A stretch of DNA of 39,722 nucleotides, taken from the IMG/VR virus record IMGVR_UViG_3300009603_000006; one strand, given 5' to 3'. Origin of the DNA: a virus. The notes under the pieces are model-generated. The model was not told the origin of the DNA. It made no database searches and saw only the letters and a program-made list of their open reading frames with translations. How positions within the stretch are numbered: position 1 is the first letter of the stretch; the number at the start of each line of letters is the position of its first letter. The position numbers were made by a program, and so were the translations under genes. This document shows, one piece after another, positions 1 through 7,318 of the stretch.

Positions 1-45
1 ATGGGGTGCAGGGGGTCGTAGGTTCAAATCCTACCGTCCCGACCA
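1..45 (+). tRNA. 3' portion (anticodon loop to CCA) of tRNA-Pro(GGG); the 5' half lies left of the window
   Basis: The sequence reads anticodon loop ATGGGGT (U33, GGG, G37), stem GCAGG, variable loop GGGTC, T-arm GTAGG-TTCAAAT-CCTAC, acceptor CGTCCCG, discriminator A and CCA. The ...CCGACCA end implies a C1:G72 pair, as in bacterial tRNA-Pro. Confidence 0.85.
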
Positions 46-54
46 GAATTCCCC
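1..54 (+). repeat. attL core (direct repeat, identical to 39669-39722)
   Basis: Exact 54/54 identity with the right window end. It covers tRNA positions 32-76 plus 9 bp downstream (GAATTCCCC). Confidence 0.9.
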
Positions 55-60
55 CAAGAA

Positions 61-93
61 AGGCAGGCACTTACACGGTGTCTGCCTTTTTTC
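61..93 (+). terminator. Rho-independent terminator downstream of the tRNA (bidirectional-looking; also faces the int 3' end)
   Basis: A 10-bp stem AGGCAGGCAC/GTGTCTGCCT (one G-U pair) has loop TTACACG and is followed by TTTTT. An A-rich tract precedes it on the other strand. Confidence 0.75.
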
Positions 94-103
94 GTTTCAG
101 GCA

Positions 104-136
104 CAACCAAAACAAAACCAATAAATAACCAAAACC
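104..136 (+). repeat. Candidate integrase arm-type sites (CCAAAAC / CCAAT repeats with 11-bp phasing)
   Basis: CCAAAAC occurs at 107-113 and 129-135, with CCAAT at 118-122 between them. The same heptamer recurs twice near attR (39542-39548, 39554-39560). Confidence 0.35.
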
Positions 137-138
137 CT

Positions 139-1215
139 CTACTCTGCCGAAACCTCAACCCACCGAATTTCATCGTGCCCGGAATCGTAATTGCTGGTCA
201 TTTTTGCGGTCGCATGGCCGGCCAGCTGCTGCGGGTCTGCGCCCTTGTCCCGGTAGTTCTTGATTCCCAGCGCCCGGATCTCGTGGAAGGTGGGCCGCTG
301 ATTCTCCGGCACTTCATCGAATAGCCCGGACTCATCCCGTGCCTCAGCGAATGCCCTGGTAATCATCTGCGGCTTCACTTGCGTCCAGTGATCCATCCCC
401 TCCCGCTCTTTGATCTTCCGCTCTGGCCTTCGGTGCACCAGGTACGGGCTGGCGAGATCGTCACGGCAGTTCCGGATTACCTTCTTCAGCCTTGGCCCGA
501 TGGCAATTGCAAGATACCCGGTGTCGTACTTCTCTGTTTTTTCCTGCACCACGTACAACTTCCCGTCCCGCACATTCTCAAACTTCATCCGCGATACATC
601 GCCGCGCCGTTGCAGCGCAATCAGTGCGAGATCCATGGCATTCTGCGCCCAGACAGGACACAGCGCGTGGATGGCATCGTACTGCGCCTGAGTGAGACGC
701 CGGCGAGCTTTCTTTTCACGGCGCTTCAGCGTGGACTCTGCCGGGTTGTCCATTCGCAGCCCGCGGCTGATCGCCACCCTGAACAGATCAACAGCTACCT
801 GCCGGATCTGGTTTGCAGACCGTGGCGAGTATTTCTCCAGCAGCTCCGCGACATCCTGAACGCTGACCTCTTCAACCGCCGTGTCGCCCATGGCTGCTTC
901 CAGCTTGCGGGCCTGCACCCGGTACATCTCCAGTGTTCTGGGCTTGTACTCCCGTTCCGGTGCCACGCTCTCGAAGAACCACTTGATGTGCTGGCGGACA
1001 GTGATGTTGCCCAGCACCGCGGCAACCAGGTCATTCTCTGGCATCAGCATGGCGTTCAGCTCTTTCGCTGCTGCGATGGCCTGCACCTTGTTCGAGCCCA
1101 TGCCGTGAAACTTCCCGGTGACCGGGTGCCGGTACTGATACGACCGGCCCCCGTTGTTCGGATACAGGTTCGGCGGCAAGGCCTTGTTCTTCGGTCTGCG
1201 TGGCCTGGGGCTCAT
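139..1215 (-). CDS. int: Tyrosine recombinase, phage integrase
   Basis: 358 aa. The C-terminal catalytic region has ...TFHEIRALG... and ...LAGHATAKMTSNY (H-x-x-R and Tyr nucleophile context). The basic N-terminal arm-binding-like domain begins MSPRPRRPKNK. The gene is adjacent to attL and overlaps the xis stop by ATGA. Confidence 0.92.
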   Translation of the reverse strand: MSPRPRRPKNKALPPNLYPNNGGRSYQYRHPVTGKFHGMGSNKVQAIAAAKELNAMLMPENDLVAAVLGNITVRQHIKWFFESVAPEREYKPRTLEMYRVQARKLEAAMGDTAVEEVSVQDVAELLEKYSPRSANQIRQVAVDLFRVAISRGLRMDNPAESTLKRREKKARRRLTQAQYDAIHALCPVWAQNAMDLALIALQRRGDVSRMKFENVRDGKLYVVQEKTEKYDTGYLAIAIGPRLKKVIRNCRDDLASPYLVHRRPERKIKEREGMDHWTQVKPQMITRAFAEARDESGLFDEVPENQRPTFHEIRALGIKNYRDKGADPQQLAGHATAKMTSNYDSGHDEIRWVEVSAE

Positions 1216-1397
1216 GCTGCTAACACCTTATTCACGAGCGGATTGCTTGAAAGCGTAAGCCGGTCCAGATCGACGTAATAAATAGTCCCCAACTGCTGGC
1301 CAGGGATGCGGCCCTCATCGATCCAGCCCTTCAGCGTTTTCATGTCCGGCTCACTACCCTTCTCAAAGTAGCGCTTCCGGAACTGGGTTGCTTTCAT
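1212..1397 (-). CDS. xis: Excisionase-like small DNA-binding protein
   Basis: MKATQFRKRYFEKGSEPDMKTLKGWIDEGRIPGQQLGTIYYVDLDRL resembles the lambda Xis-type winged helix. It lies directly upstream of int with an ATGA overlap. The internal ATG at 1397 is preferred over the TTG at 1427. Confidence 0.7.
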   Translation of the reverse strand: MKATQFRKRYFEKGSEPDMKTLKGWIDEGRIPGQQLGTIYYVDLDRLTLSSNPLVNKVLAA

Positions 1398-1407
1398 AAG
1401 TTTCACG

Positions 1408-1770
1408 CTACACCTCCACCAGCTCAACAGTCGGCCGTATTATCGCCGGAAACGTCGGCCACTCTTCCGGCCAAACCTCTCGAATCAACCCCAGGTCTTC
1501 TAGCAGGCTCTCGTGCTTTGCAACCACGCCATACTCCAACGGCCCAGACAGATGCTCGGCCAGTTCGGCACTCAGTATCGGCCCACCCTGCAGCGCCTCC
1601 AGAATCTCATCCATCAACCACACCAGCGTGGGCCAGGACTCAATCCGCATCCCGACTGCCTCCCGGTAACTGGCCGGGATCAGGTGGCCGCGATAGTCGA
1701 TTTTGCTGGCGGGGCTGTAGCCGGATCGGGCTTCTGATTTTTCGGACTCAAACAGTTGCGTCTGGTTCAT
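1408..1770 (-). CDS. Hypothetical early protein
   Basis: The ORF has a GGGGAG RBS and a TGATG overlap with the upstream gene. Its amino-acid composition looks coding. Confidence 0.65.
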   Translation of the reverse strand: MNQTQLFESEKSEARSGYSPASKIDYRGHLIPASYREAVGMRIESWPTLVWLMDEILEALQGGPILSAELAEHLSGPLEYGVVAKHESLLEDLGLIREVWPEEWPTFPAIIRPTVELVEV

Positions 1771-2195
1771 CACTCACGCTCCCCGACGAGTTCAAATATC
1801 TTCATCTGGCAAGGGCTCCCCGGCTTCGGGAAAAGCCCGGTTTCAATGCAGCCCCGGAAAACCTTGACCATGGTTTCCAGCTCTTCCACTCGGTCAGTCA
1901 ACATGGCGTTCGCCGCCCGCTCACTCTCGATAGCCTCCGGACTCGATTCGGCTCGCATCTGCTTGGCGTTGCGCTCCATGATCGCGGCGCTTTTCTTGGC
2001 GGCATCCATACCCATCTTTGCCGCTTTGGCCTGTCGGTCGATGATCTCCTGGTGCTTGTCTGCCCGGATGTACTTCACTGCCTCAGCAGGATCACAGGCA
2101 TAGGATGGCGCTGGATCGTCGCACCAGACCATGCATGGCGATCCGTCTACGTCCTCGCCAGGGATTAGGTAGATGGTTTCTGGTGTGTCGGTCAC
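1770..2195 (-). CDS. Hypothetical early protein (coiled-coil central region)
   Basis: The GTG start has a GGGAGGTGA RBS and a GTGA overlap with the upstream stop. Confidence 0.65.
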   Translation of the reverse strand: MTDTPETIYLIPGEDVDGSPCMVWCDDPAPSYACDPAEAVKYIRADKHQEIIDRQAKAAKMGMDAAKKSAAIMERNAKQMRAESSPEAIESERAANAMLTDRVEELETMVKVFRGCIETGLFPKPGSPCQMKIFELVGERE

Positions 2196-2434
2196 TGCTC
2201 ACCTCCCGCCTGCTCATCCAGCGCCGCCACGGCCATGTCGTACCATGTGCCACCCCCAAGCTCTGGCGTATCGACAGCGACTTGCAGGGCTTCGGATAGC
2301 CTGGTTGCCCGCACCCTCAAGTCCCGGCACATATCCATAAGTACGCGGCCTTTTTCTTCGGTCTCTTTGAGCTGAGCCTTTAATCGGTCGATCTCGTCGT
2401 CTTGCGCAGTTCGGTGTAGCGGTAGGTTACTCAT
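2192..2434 (-). CDS. Hypothetical early protein (coiled coil)
   Basis: The internal ATG at 2434 is preceded by AGGAGGG. The longer 2476 start would overlap the upstream gene by 50 nt. Confidence 0.6.
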   Translation of the reverse strand: MSNLPLHRTAQDDEIDRLKAQLKETEEKGRVLMDMCRDLRVRATRLSEALQVAVDTPELGGGTWYDMAVAALDEQAGGEQ

Positions 2435-2636
2435 CGCCTGAGCCCTCCTGTGGTTCTCGAATCTCAACTTCGCCAAGTCTCACGCAAAAATGATTTCCTG
2501 ACGCTGCGAGTTCAAAAACAAAAATCTGATCCGTCGCAAACAACAACTGCACTTTGACCCAAGATGACCTCCACTTGACCCCGTTACTCCGTATTTCGCA
2601 CGGATCACCCACCTTCGGGATGTACGCTGAAATCAT
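2427..2636 (-). CDS. Hypothetical small protein
   Basis: 69-aa ORF in operon register, with locally lower GC. Confidence 0.5.
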   Translation of the reverse strand: MISAYIPKVGDPCEIRSNGVKWRSSWVKVQLLFATDQIFVFELAASGNHFCVRLGEVEIREPQEGSGDE

Positions 2637-3028
2637 TACTCACCCTCCTTCGGGGGTTGTGGGGGCTTGAGGCCGGTTGGTTTCCAGTGCGTATAATCAG
2701 ATACTTCTTTCACTGTCCACCATATTGCGCGCGTTTGCCGGTACTTTTCGTTGGACATGGCCTTGTCATAAACCCATACGTTTTCGTCAACATCAGCATC
2801 CGCCTCAGTCGGCAGCCTCTCGCTGCACTTAATCCACCCATCACCCTCTGGCTGGGGTGTGGCGTCAGCAATCCAACGCTCTGGCGCTGACTTATAGCCC
2901 GGCTCAGTGCCGGCACAGATGGCCTCGGCCAGTATCAGGCCATTGGCCATACCATGCATGTACGGGTCGTAATTCCAGTTGCCATTTTGTAATTGCGCTT
3001 CGAGGCATTGGGTTAGCGCCTCCGGCAC
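2636..3028 (-). CDS. DUF551-like phage protein
   Basis: The C-terminal GWIKCSERLPTE...VWVYD...THWKPTGLKPPQPP matches the remembered DUF551 pattern (W-I-x-x-x-D-R-L-P ... T-H-W-x-P-x-P-x-P-P). The start is uncertain (GTG with a very short SD spacing). Confidence 0.6.
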   Translation of the reverse strand: MPEALTQCLEAQLQNGNWNYDPYMHGMANGLILAEAICAGTEPGYKSAPERWIADATPQPEGDGWIKCSERLPTEADADVDENVWVYDKAMSNEKYRQTRAIWWTVKEVSDYTHWKPTGLKPPQPPKEGE

Positions 3029-3037
3029 ACTCCCTTG

Positions 3038-3451
3038 CTAGGGGTGGGTGTAGAGCTTATCGCCCTCGGCCAGACCTTCAGCGCCTCTCATAGGCTGAAT
3101 AACCCCCGAGCGGTCAATCACAGCCACCGGCTCCGCACCCTGCCCACTTTGGGCGCGGGCGGCTTGCCATGCTTTCCATGCAAGGTGGGCGGGGAAATCT
3201 GCGTAGCAGTTCCGGTCTTCCTGCCACCTGCTATAAAGCCCATGCTCATTAAGCAACCACTTTTGAAACTCATCCCTGTCGCTGGCAGGCGCATTGGATG
3301 CCGGCCCCATAACCCCAGCATAAAGACGAGTGCACCGCCCATGCTCGGACACAGCCATAACTCCGCTGTCATCCCGCACCAGCACCCCGCAAACATCGCC
3401 GCCCAGCTGGCGGACTTTGGATTCTGCGATTGGTTTTAGTTCGATGTTCAT
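3038..3451 (-). CDS. Hypothetical early protein
   Basis: The ATG at 3451 forms an ATGA overlap with the upstream stop. Confidence 0.6.
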   Translation of the reverse strand: MNIELKPIAESKVRQLGGDVCGVLVRDDSGVMAVSEHGRCTRLYAGVMGPASNAPASDRDEFQKWLLNEHGLYSRWQEDRNCYADFPAHLAWKAWQAARAQSGQGAEPVAVIDRSGVIQPMRGAEGLAEGDKLYTHP

Positions 3452-3924
3452 GCGGCCTTTGCCTCCGTTTCCCATACCTTCACTGGCCGATAGATGGTCT
3501 TCTGGCGCTCTTGCTTATTGCACCAGAGGCATGACCGCGCCTTTCCATCTACCGTGTACTCCCATTCGTGAGCCAGATCGCCGTGGATGGCGCAAACGCC
3601 ACGCTTCAGGTAGTCTGCCCAGAATTCCTCTGTGACGTCGTTCCAGTTGCCGGTATCGTGCGCCGGGCCAAAGGCCCATGATTGTAGGTTCGCGCCATGA
3701 CTACATAGCCCCCGCAAAGGCTTGCCATGAAACCACCCATCTTCGTCCATCAGGCCGATGTATAGAGTCGGGTTGTCGCGATCTATGCCGTTGAAGCTAT
3801 TCCAGGTACCGGCAAACACGCTGCAAAGCTCTGGTTTCTGTCTGGCCCAGCGGTATAACTGCCAACTAAAAAAGTAGCTTTTGCCACGGACTGCGGGCTT
3901 AATTGATTGTGGATTGACCTTCAC
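3448..3924 (-). CDS. Hypothetical early protein (Trp/Cys/His-rich)
   Basis: The GTG start has a GGGGGTGAGGT RBS and a GTGA overlap. The C-terminal CAIHGD...CLWC suggests a metal site. Confidence 0.65.
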   Translation of the reverse strand: MKVNPQSIKPAVRGKSYFFSWQLYRWARQKPELCSVFAGTWNSFNGIDRDNPTLYIGLMDEDGWFHGKPLRGLCSHGANLQSWAFGPAHDTGNWNDVTEEFWADYLKRGVCAIHGDLAHEWEYTVDGKARSCLWCNKQERQKTIYRPVKVWETEAKAA

Positions 3925-4205
3925 ACCTCACCCCCAAACACCGTAAACCGGCACTGGCCCGAATCCACTGCAGCCCGAAGACTGGAATCATCTGTAAACT
4001 GGACAAGCAGAGATCGATAAAACGTCGTTCCATCCTGGTCGGTTATATCGCCAGCCAGAGCCACGTTGCCCTTGACCATTTTCGTGGCGTCACGGAAATG
4101 ATCTGCCCGGGCATTCCAGCCCATGCGCACCAGCTCGATGCCCTCGAAGCTCAGCCCGGCAGTGCCGAGGTGCTTCTGTGCGTATTCTTCAAACGTCATT
4201 GCCAT
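3921..4205 (-). CDS. Hypothetical early protein
   Basis: 94-aa ORF with an ATG start, in operon register. Confidence 0.6.
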   Translation of the reverse strand: MAMTFEEYAQKHLGTAGLSFEGIELVRMGWNARADHFRDATKMVKGNVALAGDITDQDGTTFYRSLLVQFTDDSSLRAAVDSGQCRFTVFGGEV

Positions 4206-4347
4206 GCTTCTTCTCCCATTCGCTCAGCTTCTTCCGCTGATTCCGCACCTGCGCCCGAAGTCTTTTGTTCTCGCGCACGTAGTAGTCTTTCCGGTCCCGC
4301 AGTTTGTTCAGGCGATCCAGTAGGGCGCTGCATTTGTCGCAGCTCAC
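4189..4347 (-). CDS. Unlisted small ORF (52 aa, basic coiled-coil peptide VSCDKCSALLDRLNKLRDRKDYYVRENKRLRAQVRNQRKKLSEWEKKHGNDV)
   Basis: It fills the only gap in the operon. The GTG at 4347 overlaps the DHH gene stop (GTGA), and the 3' end overlaps the next ATG. It is below the 60-aa cutoff of the ORF track. Confidence 0.4.
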   Translation of the reverse strand: MSCDKCSALLDRLNKLRDRKDYYVRENKRLRAQVRNQRKKLSEWEKKHGNDV

Positions 4348-5192
4348 GCCTCGCCTTCCCAACCAATCGGCATCATGAATCCCGCAGCCCTTGCATGCCC
4401 ACCGCCGCCAAAGCGCTTGGCAATCTCGCTCACATCCAGCCCGGTGTCCTTTGAGCGGAGGCTGAACTTCCGGCCGTCTTGGGTATCGAAATAGCTGGCG
4501 GAGAAAAGCTCACCCTCTGCCATCCGGTTTCCTGCGTCAGACGCAAACATGTAAGGCACGTTGGCCACCGGTACCGAATAGCCGCATATCAGCATCCGAC
4601 GCTTCGTGGCTTTCAGTATCCCGTCCAGGTCCTTGTTGTATTTGCGCCGCAGGACTTTGCCCACCTGGAAGAAGAATTCACGGCCCTCGTCGTCTTCCAT
4701 CGCGGTCAGGATGTTTTTCCAAACCTCGAACTCATAATCGTAAGAAAACAGCGCGGCCGATATCTCCCGGGTACCCTCCAGGTTGAACTGCCATAGATCG
4801 CGATCTTGTATGTACTCAATCAGCCGGGGCCGGTCCTCATCGGGGAAGCACCAATCCCACGCAATGGCGGCTCCGGAGCGAGCCATATCGAACTCGCCGT
4901 ATACGCGCCCAGCATCGAGCAGGGGCTGGATGTCTGCCTCGGCGGTTTTGTGATGATCCAGAATCGTGACGCTTTTCGCCTGGTCAATGATCTGCTCGAG
5001 CACTGGCAGCTTGTAGGAGAAATCCACCAGAAGAACGTCATGCCCTGCGCAGTTCGGCGGGATCTCGCCATAGCTTGCGGGGATAAACTCAACGCTGTTG
5101 CCGAAGCGCATCCAGACCGCCAAGGCAGCTCCGAAGCCATCGGCACAGTTCGCGTGATAAATGCACATCGTGGGTTTGGTCAATTTGTTCAC
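4344..5192 (-). CDS. DHH/DHHA1-family phosphoesterase (NrnA/RecJ-core-like)
   Basis: Motif I is HANCADGFGAA, motif II LLVDFS and motif III ILDHHKT. The DHHA1 signature GGGGHARAAGF lies near the C-terminus. At 282 aa the size is typical of stand-alone NrnA-type enzymes. Confidence 0.8.
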   Translation of the reverse strand: MNKLTKPTMCIYHANCADGFGAALAVWMRFGNSVEFIPASYGEIPPNCAGHDVLLVDFSYKLPVLEQIIDQAKSVTILDHHKTAEADIQPLLDAGRVYGEFDMARSGAAIAWDWCFPDEDRPRLIEYIQDRDLWQFNLEGTREISAALFSYDYEFEVWKNILTAMEDDEGREFFFQVGKVLRRKYNKDLDGILKATKRRMLICGYSVPVANVPYMFASDAGNRMAEGELFSASYFDTQDGRKFSLRSKDTGLDVSEIAKRFGGGGHARAAGFMMPIGWEGEA

Positions 5193-5458
5193 AGTAATCT
5201 CTCCTGTATCGCGGCTCTCGGCTCTGGCCGGTTGGTCACGTCCACCAGCTGGACGAACGGCTCCGGCTCATGGCTGTTGCAAATTTCGGTGGCGAATACT
5301 TCCTGGCCGTGCAGATCGCAATGGCCGTAACTGGTTCGCCCGTGGGTTTCGCCCCACCGGTTGGTGAACGGGCAATGCTTGTCATCGTCATGGCCTACAG
5401 GGCTGTAGTGTTCGCAGCTGACGCAGGCCCTGGGCATTTGCAATTGTGGTTCTGTCAT
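5189..5458 (-). CDS. Cys/His-rich small protein (putative Zn-binding)
   Basis: CVSCEHY...HCPF...HCDLHG...CNSH is present. There are ATGA overlaps on both sides. Confidence 0.6.
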   Translation of the reverse strand: MTEPQLQMPRACVSCEHYSPVGHDDDKHCPFTNRWGETHGRTSYGHCDLHGQEVFATEICNSHEPEPFVQLVDVTNRPEPRAAIQERLL

Positions 5459-5859
5459 TGCTCCCTCCGTCTCAGCTCACCGCAAACCAGCTCATAGGGG
5501 TAAGCGGCTGTCTTTGTTTGGTCTTCCGCTGCCTGATCGGCGGCGAAGGCTTCCCGGATCTGCTCGTGCAGGCTTGGTGCTGGCGGTTCTTCAAAGCCCT
5601 GGTAGCAGGTGCCGCCCTCTGGCTTGTCGAACGGACAGGTGCAGTCTGGGTAGTTGCATGCCCGGCTGGCGGGCTTCTGGAGATCCGCATACACCAGGTC
5701 CAGCAGGTACTCGGTTTGATCTTCGTAGCCCTGCCGGGCGGCGGCCTTCTGGATGCTCCAGCGCTCGGTGCCTGTCAGGTCCATGCGAAACTCTTTAACG
5801 TCCATCAGCTTTTCCTTGGCCCGCTGGTTTCGCTTTCGCTCGGCTGGTGTCATCGCCAT
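5455..5859 (-). CDS. Hypothetical early protein (basic N-terminus, CxC cluster)
   Basis: The start is trimmed to MAMTPAERKRNQRAKEKL (ATG 5859, TGATG overlap with the upstream stop). The listed 199-aa N-terminal extension is Arg/Gly/His-rich and overlaps a better ORF. Confidence 0.6.
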   Translation of the reverse strand: MAMTPAERKRNQRAKEKLMDVKEFRMDLTGTERWSIQKAAARQGYEDQTEYLLDLVYADLQKPASRACNYPDCTCPFDKPEGGTCYQGFEEPPAPSLHEQIREAFAADQAAEDQTKTAAYPYELVCGELRRREQ

Positions 5860-6083
5860 CACATTTCCCCCAGCTTCTTCAGTGCAGCCCTGCCGGCTTT
5901 CATCAGTGCCTGCCGGTGGGCCTTCTTCTCGATGCCGTTGGTGTTCATGTAATTCAGCGCATCCGCCACGTCGGACAGCGCTCCCATCGGGCTGGATGCC
6001 ACCCGGTTCTGCATAGTGATGCTGCAATCCTCGGCAGAGGTGCCAACCAGCCAAGCTGGCGAGTTTCGGTCAAGTGTTTGCAT
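5859..6083 (-). CDS. Hypothetical small protein
   Basis: 74-aa ORF with an ATG start. Its stop is coupled to the next gene. Confidence 0.55.
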   Translation of the reverse strand: MQTLDRNSPAWLVGTSAEDCSITMQNRVASSPMGALSDVADALNYMNTNGIEKKAHRQALMKAGRAALKKLGEM

Positions 6084-6252
6084 GTTCGTCCCTCATCAAG
6101 TGGTTCACCCACACATCCCATTGCTCTGGCTGTAACCAGGTGCCATCGTTCAGCACTGCGCAGCCGCTGGAGTGGAGGTAGGCCAGCCCGGTGCGTTCGA
6201 TCAGGCTGATAATCTCGTCGGCTTCGGTCATCAGGTGCGCATCCTGCGTCAT
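6070..6252 (-). CDS. Hypothetical small acidic protein
   Basis: 60 aa, with an ATGA overlap with the upstream gene. Confidence 0.5.
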   Translation of the reverse strand: MTQDAHLMTEADEIISLIERTGLAYLHSSGCAVLNDGTWLQPEQWDVWVNHLMRDEHANT

Positions 6253-6785
6253 GCCGCTGCCAGCGCCCTTCTGCGCTCCTCCTGGTAATCCTCATCCACT
6301 TGCCGCCACAGCAGCTGGCGGGCTTTTGACGATGCGCCCAGATCTACCAGGGTGAGCTCTTCGTCTTTGGGGTCCTTCAGCCAGGTGCCGGCAATCCAAC
6401 CAACGTCGACAACCTGGTCGTATCGCTGCGCCTGCAGTACCCGTGCCCGCAAGTCGTGGTAAAGGTCGTTAAACTCGCTGAGGCACTGGTTCTCCATAAT
6501 CCGGACCTCTTCCTCTACCCACTCTGTTCCTGCGCCGTCCCAGCAGAGCGCTCGCACGCACACGATCCAGCTGTTCCGGTGGCGGGTAACGGCGTTGGCC
6601 ACCTTTGGCTCCAGCGGCTCCCAGCCTTTGATGGTGCGGGTAACTGCCACGGCGTTCTGGGCATCGCTGCCGATCTCACGGTCGGTTTCCCAGGTCCAGA
6701 TCCGGGTGCGCCCGAAAAACCGCTGTGCTCGCTTCTGGCCGCAGTGCGCTTTGCGCTGGCGGGGCTTCTGCTGCTTCCTTGCCAC
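6249..6785 (-). CDS. Hypothetical early protein (very basic N-terminus)
   Basis: The GTG start has a GGTGAGGTGG RBS. 178 aa. Confidence 0.65.
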   Translation of the reverse strand: MARKQQKPRQRKAHCGQKRAQRFFGRTRIWTWETDREIGSDAQNAVAVTRTIKGWEPLEPKVANAVTRHRNSWIVCVRALCWDGAGTEWVEEEVRIMENQCLSEFNDLYHDLRARVLQAQRYDQVVDVGWIAGTWLKDPKDEELTLVDLGASSKARQLLWRQVDEDYQEERRRALAAA

Positions 6786-6787
6786 GG

Positions 6788-7318
6788 CTATGCCACCTCA
6801 CCTATGTAGGCTTCCTGAATGGCCTTGAAGGCCTGCAGGTCTTCCGGCTTCTGGATACTGAAGCGGGCCCCGCGCCATGCCAGGAACACCTCGTCTGCCT
6901 CGATCACCAGGCTGCTGCCGTTCGGGATCTCGTGCTGCAGCTGGCGGGCCATGTCGAACGGGCTCATTGCGTCATTTTCTGCTTTGCGTGACGTGTCACG
7001 AATAGCCTGCTCCCAGTCTGCAACCACGGTTGCCGGCTCGCCGATGTCGTCTTTTGCCTTCACCGGCACGGCACCATCTGTCAGGCAGTGGAACGGATAC
7101 CCAGAATCCTCAAGCGCACTGCGGCCGATGCTGGTGAGCGACCACTGCCCAGGGTTGCTCTTTGCAATCAGCCCCTCCCGGTTCAGGTTGCCCAGGAACG
7201 CGCTCAAGGCCTTCCGGTCTTCGAACTCCGGGAAATGCGGGGCGATCTGCTTGGTGGAGCTCTCCCCATACCGTCTCAGGTGGTTCAGCATCTGCAGCTG
7301 CATCTCGTCAGGTTTCAC
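6788..7318 (-). CDS. Hypothetical protein with N-terminal winged-helix-like segment
   Basis: MLNHLRRYGESSTKQIAPHF...LGNLNREGLIAKS resembles a MarR/wHTH-type fold. There is a GTGA overlap upstream. Confidence 0.55.
   Translation of the reverse strand: MKPDEMQLQMLNHLRRYGESSTKQIAPHFPEFEDRKALSAFLGNLNREGLIAKSNPGQWSLTSIGRSALEDSGYPFHCLTDGAVPVKAKDDIGEPATVVADWEQAIRDTSRKAENDAMSPFDMARQLQHEIPNGSSLVIEADEVFLAWRGARFSIQKPEDLQAFKAIQEAYIGEVA

Noticed and set aside
1-45. Possibility that the att site is the 3' end of tmRNA (ssrA), a common prophage target
   Set aside because: tmRNA ends in an alanine-type acceptor (...GCUCCACCA). This sequence ends CGTCCCGACCA and carries a GGG anticodon loop with G37, so it is tRNA-Pro.
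379-1278. 299-aa plus-strand ORF (and smaller ones) overlapping the integrase gene
   Set aside because: It is antisense to an integrase with intact catalytic motifs. The composition is junk-like (Pro/Arg/Leu/His-rich), so it is a shadow ORF.
5860-6054. N-terminal 65-aa extension of the listed 199-aa ORF 5455-6054
   Set aside because: The extension (MAGWHLCRGLQHHYAEPGG...) is Arg/Gly/His-rich and fully overlaps the better 5859-6083 ORF. An ATG at 5859 with a TGATG coupling gives a sensible start.
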